Part shown: positions 1-5,126 of the stretch, one piece after another
Numbering within the stretch: position 1 is the stretch's first letter
Layout of the letters: each line of letters opens with the position of its first letter
NCBI RefSeq assembly: GCF_002682985.1
Contig: NZ_MKGN01000018.1
Coordinates: 1-6,246 of the forward strand
DNA length: 6,246 nt
Reading direction: 5' to 3'
From: Candidatus Tremblayella phenacoccinincola
GTDB taxonomy: Bacteria > Pseudomonadota > Gammaproteobacteria > Burkholderiales > Burkholderiaceae
Notes under the pieces: generated by a model
Told to the model about the DNA's origin: nothing
What the model saw: the letters and a program-made list of their open reading frames with translations, nothing else
Database searches by the model: none
Translations under genes and position numbers: made by a program

Positions 1-396
1 CCATCACATATAGTACCTGGGATAACAACAGCAATAGGAACTACAGTAGGAATACCATTAACACATAGAAACTACTCTAATAGTGTTTCTTTTACAACAG
101 GGTCTATATCCTATAAAAGCAAACCTAACTGGAGTCTAGACCTAAATAAGAAGCAAACAATAATAATGTATATGTATGCAAGTAATATAACTAAGCTAAA
201 AGAAAAGCTATTAAAAAGTAGGTTCTCAAATAAGATCCCAATTGCAATAGTGTCTTCAAGTTCTAATAAAGACCAAAAGCTAATAATAAGTAATATAAAA
301 AGCATAGAAAGCTTAACATATAATAATACAACACCATCTATACTTATAATAGGATATATAATAAACCTATATAGAGGCCTAACTACATTCAATTAA
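1..396 (+). CDS. cysG: Uroporphyrinogen-III C-methyltransferase domain (C-terminal part of siroheme synthase CysG/CobA), 5'-truncated by the window edge
   Basis: Frame 1 is open from nt 1 to TAA at 394-396. The ORF-track entry 166..396 is only its tail. The translation PSHIVPGITTAIGTTVGIPLTHRNYSNSVSFTTGS...TPSILIIGYIINLYRGLTTFN* is colinear with the C-terminus of E. coli CysG (VPGITAA..GIPLTHRDYAQSV..VTGH...PALIIVGRVV.LR..LNWFSNH, recalled from memory) and ends at the same point. Confidence 0.85.
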   Translation, partial: PSHIVPGITTAIGTTVGIPLTHRNYSNSVSFTTGSISYKSKPNWSLDLNKKQTIIMYMYASNITKLKEKLLKSRFSNKIPIAIVSSSSNKDQKLIISNIKSIESLTYNNTTPSILIIGYIINLYRGLTTFN

Positions 397-400
397 TAAG

Positions 401-455
401 AACATACCCTTCTAAACCTATTCTACCCCCCTTCTCTAACAACTAACCCTAAAAA
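401..455 (+). other. 55-nt G-free, C-rich tract just downstream of the cysG stop (candidate rut-like Rho loading region; function unproven)
   Basis: Hand count gives 21 C and 0 G in 401-455 (aacatacccttctaaacctattctaccccccttctctaacaactaaccctaaaaa), within a roughly 30% GC genome. Confidence 0.2.
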
Positions 456-468
456 GGAAAAGGACTAG

Positions 469-577
469 ATGTCTTTATGGGACGGCAGGTTTAAAGAAAA
501 GCTAAACATAATGTTTGAACACTTGTTCTAAATAAGCCTCTAACAGCAACCCAAGAAGACTATATATGTCCATATGA
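469..577 (+). pseudogene. argH: Probable relic of the 5' end of argH (argininosuccinate lyase): a 20-codon ORF, then a frameshifted continuation
   Basis: An SD-like AAGGA (460-464) lies 4 nt before ATG 469. Translation 469-531 is MSLWDGRFKEKLNIMFEHLF*, compared with the E. coli ArgH N-terminus [22 protein letters not shown]: the LWGGRF signature is present and the next Phe has the same spacing. After a +1 shift, 536-577 reads ASNSNPRRLYMSI*, resembling the following ArgH segment (N[A/D]S[I/L]xFDxRL). It ends 4 nt before the tRNA-Trp gene. Confidence 0.4.
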
Positions 578-581
578 TATA

Positions 582-654
582 CAGGGATAGAGAGCCTCGA
601 ACTCCCAACTGCTGGCTTTGGAGACCAGTACTCTACCGTTTGAGCTATATCCCT
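582..654 (-). tRNA. trpT: tRNA-Trp (anticodon CCA), 73 nt, no encoded 3' CCA
   Basis: The reverse complement AGGGATA TA GCTC AAACGGTA GAGT A CTGGT CTCCAAA GCCAG CAGTT GGGAG TTCGAGG CTCTC TATCCCT G folds into a full cloverleaf. It is close to E. coli tRNA-Trp. Discriminator G is followed by TAT. Confidence 0.95.
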
Positions 655-657
655 TGA

Positions 658-731
658 CGGTGCGAATGGGACTCGAACCCACGTCCTTCGGCGTGACAGA
701 CCGATATTCTAACCAACTGAACTACCGCACC
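658..731 (-). tRNA. aspT: tRNA-Asp (anticodon GTC), 74 nt, no encoded 3' CCA (followed by TCA)
   Basis: The reverse complement GGTGCGG TA GTTC AGTTGGTTA GAAT A TCGGT CTGTCAC GCCGA AGGAC GTGGG TTCGAGT CCCAT TCGCACC G folds into a full cloverleaf. It is close to E. coli tRNA-Asp. Confidence 0.95.
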
Positions 732-845
732 TATATTAACTAAACAGGCTCTTACTCTAGCATACTCTAGCTTTAATATAATATCTTAAGTAGAACCTAT
801 TATGTGGATTAGCTGGTATTATATTGATGCGAACCATGCATACAG
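732..845 (-). pseudogene. Possible decayed remnant of the hisE (PR-ATP pyrophosphohydrolase) half of a former hisIE fusion
   Basis: Reading on in the hisI frame past its TAG gives LYAWFASI*YQLIHIIGST*DIILKLEYARVRACLVNI. This loosely tracks E. coli HisIE after the SCF motif (..HQWLFLYQLEQLL......SYTAKLYASG), with W.F, YQL and KL.YA in the same order. Two in-frame stops are present and the region is about 60% shorter than an intact domain. Confidence 0.3.
753..771. repeat. Short tandem duplication tactctagc-a-tactctagc (period 10)
   Basis: The exact 9-mer occurs at 753-761 and 763-771, separated by one A. It lies inside the putative hisE remnant, 22 nt upstream of the tRNA-Asp 5' end. Confidence 0.6.
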
Positions 846-1193
846 CTACTCCGAACAAAAGCAGCTATAGTTTCCAAGATGGCAGGTATTTCCTTTTATT
901 AGAGAACCTATTAGAACAGAGTCTTTATCACAATCTAAACATATCCTATAAACCCCTACTATATAGCCAGTCGTTTCCCCTTTCACCCATAAGCAATACT
1001 TAGTTCTGGAATAGCATATAACATAACCACTTTCTAAACTAATATATATGCCTTCTATATCAGAATAACCTACCATTAAAACATCCTTTGTTATAATATC
1101 TTGAATAGCCATAGGAATTATGATATTATGTTTTCTAAAGTAACATAGAAACCCTTTTAAATATGTTAGCTTAAAAGTCTTGTATATGTTCAT
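846..1193 (-). CDS. hisI: Phosphoribosyl-AMP cyclohydrolase (HisI domain only; no HisE domain)
   Basis: A 115-aa ORF with an ATG start that overlaps the hisF stop (ATGA) and a TAG stop. It is colinear with the N-terminal half of E. coli HisIE: VLMVGYS, LESG, YSRTK..LW.KGETTG, CDKDS, TCHLGNYSCF. Confidence 0.9.
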   Translation of the reverse strand: MNIYKTFKLTYLKGFLCYFRKHNIIIPMAIQDIITKDVLMVGYSDIEGIYISLESGYVICYSRTKYCLWVKGETTGYIVGVYRICLDCDKDSVLIGSLIKGNTCHLGNYSCFCSE

Positions 1194-1963
1194 AACCTAA
1201 CTTCAACCCCTTTACTTAATAGAAACTTCTTTAATGAGCTAATATCAATAGTGTTTCTATGGAAAACAGAAGCAGCTAAAACCCCATCGACTTTAGACTC
1301 TTTCAAAGCTGATATAAAATGGTGTCTATTTCCTGCCCCTCCTGAAGCAATAAGAGGCATAGAGCAACAATTACGGATATCTGTTAGGTGTTTTATATCA
1401 TAACCTTTTTTAATACCATCTTGGTTAATAACATTTATTACAACTTCTCCAGCCCCAAGCTTTTGTATAGTTTCAACCCATGCTATTGTATGCCAGCTAG
1501 CATAGTTTGATACATATTGGTTACCTGTATAGCTTCTTACTTGATATGTGTTGATGCTTTTGTTAAACCAACTATCAATACCTACGACTACGCACTGTGA
1601 ACCAAATATATCCGCTAACCGACTTATAAAAAAAGGATCACTTAGTGCAGGAGTATTAACTGATATCTTGTCTGCCCCTAAAGAAAAAACTTCCTTAGCT
1701 TGAGAAACATTCCTAATTCCACCAGCAACACAAAATGGAATATTAATAGATTCAGCTACTTTGGATATCCACCTTTTATCTATTAATCTATCTTCAACAG
1801 ATGCTGTTATATCATAAAATACTAATTCATCAGCACCAGAAGAAGCATAGTATTTAGAATAATCAACTATATTTCCAATATCATTATGGTTAGAAAACCT
1901 TTTACCTTTAATTATCTTTCCATTGAATATATCGAGACACGGTATTATACGTTTTGCCAACAT
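1190..1963 (-). CDS. hisF: Imidazole glycerol phosphate synthase, cyclase subunit
   Basis: A 257-aa ORF starting MLAKRIIPCLDI, with GADELVFYDITAS, IPFCVAGGI, GADKISVN, VVGID, GAGEVV.N..NQDG, PLIASGGAG and LAASVFH. It is near full-length colinear with E. coli HisF. The stop is TGA (1190-1192) at the conserved C-terminus. A GGAGG SD lies 7 nt upstream. Confidence 0.97.
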   Translation of the reverse strand: MLAKRIIPCLDIFNGKIIKGKRFSNHNDIGNIVDYSKYYASSGADELVFYDITASVEDRLIDKRWISKVAESINIPFCVAGGIRNVSQAKEVFSLGADKISVNTPALSDPFFISRLADIFGSQCVVVGIDSWFNKSINTYQVRSYTGNQYVSNYASWHTIAWVETIQKLGAGEVVINVINQDGIKKGYDIKHLTDIRNCCSMPLIASGGAGNRHHFISALKESKVDGVLAASVFHRNTIDISSLKKFLLSKGVEVRL

Positions 1964-2685
1964 TCTATAGCCTCCATAAAAGCAATCCTATTTTCTATAA
2001 AAGCACGTCCAACTATTATGTTTTTAATACCTATATAGCGAAGCTTAATAATATCATTTAGACTTTTAACACCACCAGAAGATTGAAAAGATAGTTTAGG
2101 CCAACCATATAATAAGTATTTATATAGTCTTAAGTTAACCCCAATAAAAGTACCGTCTCTTGAGATATCCGTACATAGTATATGTTTAATACCATAACAA
2201 CTATAATGGTTAAGAACGTTTTCAATAGTGTTGTTAGAACTGCTTTGCCATCCGTTAATATATATTGAATAACTACCATTAGAACCATTACATATGTCTA
2301 AAGCTAACACTATTCTTTCTGGACCATATATAGTTAACCACTCTTGAACCACTCTTGGTTCCTTAATAGCAATAGACCCTATTACTATTCGAGAGGTCCC
2401 TAGTTTTAATAAACCATATATATCAGAAGAGTTTCGAATACCTCCGCCTACTTGTAATGTTATTGATTTACATTTTGAAACTATATTAGAGATTAACCTT
2501 ACTTGTCGTTTTAATGGGGTTTTAGCTCCTGTTAGATCAACTAAGTGAATTATATTTGATCTTTTCCCTATATAGTATTTAATATAATATAAAGGCTCTA
2601 AGTTATATTTACGTATACATTGGTAGTTGCCTTGATATAAACGTACAATAGAATTAAACATAAGATCTATAGAAGGTATAATCAT
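1945..2685 (-). CDS. hisA: ProFAR isomerase (1-(5-phosphoribosyl)-5-[(5-phosphoribosylamino)methylideneamino]imidazole-4-carboxamide isomerase)
   Basis: A 246-aa ORF starting MIIPSIDL, with RLYQGNY, HLVDLTGAK, LQVGGGIR, LALDI, NGWQ, HILCTDISRDGT, FQSSGG, IVGRA and EAIECWQNV*. It is colinear with E. coli HisA to the last residue. It overlaps hisF by 19 nt. Confidence 0.97.
   Translation of the reverse strand: MIIPSIDLMFNSIVRLYQGNYQCIRKYNLEPLYYIKYYIGKRSNIIHLVDLTGAKTPLKRQVRLISNIVSKCKSITLQVGGGIRNSSDIYGLLKLGTSRIVIGSIAIKEPRVVQEWLTIYGPERIVLALDICNGSNGSYSIYINGWQSSSNNTIENVLNHYSCYGIKHILCTDISRDGTFIGVNLRLYKYLLYGWPKLSFQSSGGVKSLNDIIKLRYIGIKNIIVGRAFIENRIAFMEAIECWQNV
1971..1975 (-). promoter_or_regulatory. 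Shine-Dalgarno (GGAGG) for hisF, embedded in the 3' end of hisA
   Basis: The minus-strand sequence is tatGGAGGctatagaATG, with a 7-nt spacer to ATG at 1963-1961. Confidence 0.6.
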
Positions 2686-2688
2686 TTA

Positions 2689-3279
2689 CTATAAAGCTAT
2701 AAAGTTTCTTAATAGAATCATCCCTAACTTTCCAGATTTTTCTGGATGAAACTGAACTCCATAATAGTTATTTATATTGAAAGCAGCTGTATATAGGTCC
2801 CCATATATTGAGGTTGCTATGTCCGCTATGGATAAAGGAATATTGTAGCTATGGACAAAATAGAAGCAACTACCATTTTCAATATCTTTGAATAAAAAGT
2901 TCTTAGACTGATGGACAACCTTATTCCAACCAATATGTGGTATTAGTTTTCCATAGTTAGTTAGTTGTTCTGTTTGGTTTTCTATTATGCCTAGGGCTTT
3001 TATAGAACCATCTTCTTTACTGCTTAAACACATTAACTGCATACCAATACAAATGCCTAATATTGGGTTAGGAAAGGTAGCTATTATGTTAGATAGTTTA
3101 TAAGCATTAACATTGTTCATAACTAACGAAGAAGTGCCAATGCCTGGTATAATTAGTTTATCAGTGTTTATTATTGTATTGTAGTCACAGCTAACTATGG
3201 AGTCATATCCTAACATATGTATTGTATGTTTTACTGAAGAGATGTTAGCGCAGCCTGTATTTAAGATAGCTATTAACAT
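2689..3279 (-). CDS. hisH: Imidazole glycerol phosphate synthase, glutamine amidotransferase subunit
   Basis: A 196-aa ORF with ILNTGCANISSVK, PGIGT, ILGICIGMQL (catalytic Cys), PHIGWN, FYFVHSY and YGVQFHPEKS (His/Glu of the triad). Its ATG shares one nt with the hisB TAA (TAATG). Confidence 0.97.
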   Translation of the reverse strand: MLIAILNTGCANISSVKHTIHMLGYDSIVSCDYNTIINTDKLIIPGIGTSSLVMNNVNAYKLSNIIATFPNPILGICIGMQLMCLSSKEDGSIKALGIIENQTEQLTNYGKLIPHIGWNKVVHQSKNFLFKDIENGSCFYFVHSYNIPLSIADIATSIYGDLYTAAFNINNYYGVQFHPEKSGKLGMILLRNFIAL

Positions 3280-4292
3280 TAAAGTATTCCTTTAGAACTA
3301 GGTAGCTTATTACCAATAATATTAAGAGCTTTGTTTAATGCTATTCCAAATACTTTATATATGCTTTCAACTCTATGATGGTCATTGAATCCTTTTGTTG
3401 TTAAGTATATAGAACAGGTTAAGGATTCTGTTAAAGAACGGAAAAAGTGCTCTATCATTGAGTTAGAAACATCTCCAATCTTTTGGTAGTTATATTTAGC
3501 TTTATAGTATATATAAAACCTATTAGACATATCAACTACGCATTTTGATATACATTCATCCATAGGCATAGTAAAACTAAAACGACTTATGCCTATGTTA
3601 GTTTTTAAAGTGGTCTTTATGTTAATACCTAGAGTTATAGCTATATCTTCTATGATATGGTGGTCATCTATATGGACATCTCCTCTAGCTAGAATAACTA
3701 CTCTAAACCTGCCATGTGTTGCTATTTGGTTAATCATATGGTTAAGAAATCCTATGTTAGTAGCAATATAGTTAGACATAGAATCATCAGTTAACCAAAT
3801 AGTAACTAATATAGCTGTCTCATTAGTTATTCTATATATGTTTAGATAGTAGTTAGCTATTAGTTTATTAAGGCTAGCTATATATGGTTTAGTTAGGTTT
3901 AGTAGCTTAATATGTATTGGTTTAATACCTAACCTATGTGCTATGTTTATGAAGTATTTGTTGTTAGCTATATAATATCTTTTACCTGTAGATGAACCTA
4001 TAGATAGAGACCTAGAAGGCTTCTCAATATGTGTATAATATGCTTTTAAGTCAGAAGAACCAATAGAAGCTAACCTAAAGGCCACACCTAAATAGGTTAG
4101 CATATTTAGTATAGTTATATGTGTATTTAATACACACCCCTTAAAACCAGCTGTTAACTTAAAAGTAGCCTTGCTAACTAATATAACTAACTTAACCTTA
4201 TGGTCTTTTAATACTAGCACCAATCCTATAGCTTTGTTATTTAATGGCTTTTCGGTTATATATAGACTAATGAATAAATAGCTTACTTTCAA
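3279..4292 (-). CDS. hisB: Bifunctional-type HisB: intact imidazoleglycerol-phosphate dehydratase domain (residues about 154-337) fused to a degenerate histidinol-phosphatase-like N-terminal domain
   Basis: A 337-aa ORF with a TTG start (4292-4290) behind AAGGAG. The IGPD motifs are kept: GFLNHMINQIATHG, HIDDHHIIED, PMDE, MIEHFFRS, NDHHRVES and LPSSKGIL*. The N-terminal 153 aa are colinear with E. coli HisB-N, but the HAD motifs are lost (see findings). Confidence 0.93.
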   Translation of the reverse strand: MKVSYLFISLYITEKPLNNKAIGLVLVLKDHKVKLVILVSKATFKLTAGFKGCVLNTHITILNMLTYLGVAFRLASIGSSDLKAYYTHIEKPSRSLSIGSSTGKRYYIANNKYFINIAHRLGIKPIHIKLLNLTKPYIASLNKLIANYYLNIYRITNETAILVTIWLTDDSMSNYIATNIGFLNHMINQIATHGRFRVVILARGDVHIDDHHIIEDIAITLGINIKTTLKTNIGISRFSFTMPMDECISKCVVDMSNRFYIYYKAKYNYQKIGDVSNSMIEHFFRSLTESLTCSIYLTTKGFNDHHRVESIYKVFGIALNKALNIIGNKLPSSKGIL

Positions 4293-4296
4293 GGTT

Positions 4297-4302
4297 CTCC
4301 TT
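4297..4302 (-). promoter_or_regulatory. Shine-Dalgarno (AAGGAG) for hisB
   Basis: The minus-strand sequence is taAAGGAGaaccTTGaaagta. It sits in the 27-bp hisG-hisB spacer, 4 nt before the TTG start. Confidence 0.65.
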
Positions 4303-4319
4303 ATTTAATATATATGTAG

Positions 4320-5126
4320 TTATCTATATAGTTGAAAAAGAACCCATATAGACTTATTATTTAATGATGCTATATTGTAGACATTAGCTTTTATATATCT
4401 CTGTATAATCTTAACTAGCTTTCTATATATAAACCAACTACTAATAAATATATATGCTTTAGGTCTTTTTATATTATATATGCTGTTTTTAAACCTATTA
4501 ACTAAGAGCAGCTTGTTATTAGATATCTTTGGAAGACATTGAATTAAGTAAGCATGTGAGTAATAAACTATCTTTGCTTCATATAGGCCATTAACAAATA
4601 AAGTAGAACCTGTAGATACTACATCGAATATTATATCAGATAACCCAGAACTATATGCTACTTCTACTGAACCAGTAATATAATATAATATGTAGCTTAT
4701 GCTATATCTTTTTAAGTAGTGTTTAAGTATATATGGGTAAGAAGTAGCAACCTTTTTCCCATCTAAACAGCTAATACCAGTCCATGGTTCACCTAAAGGA
4801 AAAGCTAATGATAAGCGACAACTACTGAACTTAAGACTATATATTATATAATAGTTAACTAGCTTTCTATATATAATAAACCTAAAAGATTGCTCTTCAA
4901 ATACGTTTTTACCAATAATACCTAAGTCTACTGTTTTAGTTAATATTAAGTTAGGTATATCGTCATCTCGAACAAACATAATCCTAACTGCTTTATGGTT
5001 AGAACTTAATATAAGCTTTCTAATGTTATAGGCTTGTTTAGTTTTATAGTAGCTAACTAAATAGGTTGACTTATTACTTAATCTTCCAGACCTTTGTAAT
5101 GCTATAGTTAGGGTTAGATAATTCAA
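4320..5126 (-). CDS. hisG: ATP phosphoribosyltransferase, long (HisZ-independent) form with a shortened C-terminal regulatory domain
   Basis: A 268-aa ORF with a TTG start (the first start codon after the in-frame TAG at 5139-5141) and a TAA stop. It is colinear with E. coli HisG: ALQRSGRLS, VRDDDIPNL, VDLGIIGKNVFEE, CRLSLA, GKKVATSYP, GSVEVA and DVVSTGSTL..NGL. It ends about 29 aa before the E. coli C-terminus. Confidence 0.9.
   Translation of the reverse strand: MNYLTLTIALQRSGRLSNKSTYLVSYYKTKQAYNIRKLILSSNHKAVRIMFVRDDDIPNLILTKTVDLGIIGKNVFEEQSFRFIIYRKLVNYYIIYSLKFSSCRLSLAFPLGEPWTGISCLDGKKVATSYPYILKHYLKRYSISYILYYITGSVEVAYSSGLSDIIFDVVSTGSTLFVNGLYEAKIVYYSHAYLIQCLPKISNNKLLLVNRFKNSIYNIKRPKAYIFISSWFIYRKLVKIIQRYIKANVYNIASLNNKSIWVLFQLYR
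4411..4432. repeat. Copy 1 of a 22-nt exact direct repeat inside hisG (ttaactagctttctatatataa)
   Basis: Identical to 4855-4876. It encodes FIYRKLVK (HisG residues about 232-239). Confidence 0.85.
4855..4876. repeat. Copy 2 of the 22-nt exact direct repeat inside hisG
   Basis: Identical to 4411-4432 and 444 nt (148 codons) away, so in the same reading frame. It encodes IIYRKLVN (HisG residues about 84-91). Confidence 0.85.

Noticed and set aside
111-392. 93-aa minus-strand ORF (hydrophobic, could be read as a small membrane protein)
   Set aside because: It lies entirely antisense to the well-supported cysG frame. It has low-complexity Leu/Ile/Phe composition, as expected from the complement of AT-rich codons, and no SD or recognisable motif.
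166-396. 76-aa ORF taken as a stand-alone small gene
   Set aside because: The same frame is open back to nt 1, and the upstream part carries the diagnostic VPGIT..GIPLTHR motifs. It is simply the tail of cysG.
401-455. G-quadruplex on the minus strand (GGG..GGGGGG..GG..GGG)
   Set aside because: The loops are too long (16 nt) and one tract has only two G, so it does not meet a canonical G3+N1-7 pattern. The strand-specific C-richness is reported as a finding instead.
466-476. Small hairpin (AAGGAC-tagat-GTCTTT) around the relic argH start as a regulatory structure
   Set aside because: It is a 6-bp stem with a G-U pair in A/T-rich context, so its stability is marginal and nothing supports a function.
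532-581. Intrinsic terminator downstream of tRNA-Trp (ATATG..CATAT around 564-575)
   Set aside because: It has a 5-bp A/T-rich stem with a 2-nt loop and no following U-tract, so it is not a credible hairpin terminator.
732-845. Sigma-70 promoter for the tRNA pair (for example TTAAGA..TATGCT or TAATAT just upstream of tRNA-Asp)
   Set aside because: In sequence this AT-rich, -10-like hexamers are everywhere. The candidates have poor -35 elements or wrong spacing, or would place the transcription start inside the tRNA. This cannot be called from sequence alone.
3589-3771. 60-aa plus-strand ORF inside hisB
   Set aside because: It is antisense to the conserved IGPD domain, with no independent support. 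It is probably a shadow ORF.
3886-3905. Tandem 10-mer ggtttagtta/ggtttagtag inside the hisB N-terminal domain
   Set aside because: There are only two units with 8 of 10 positions identical, the period is not a multiple of 3, and it lies within low-complexity coding sequence. It is most likely chance or a minor slippage event of no consequence.
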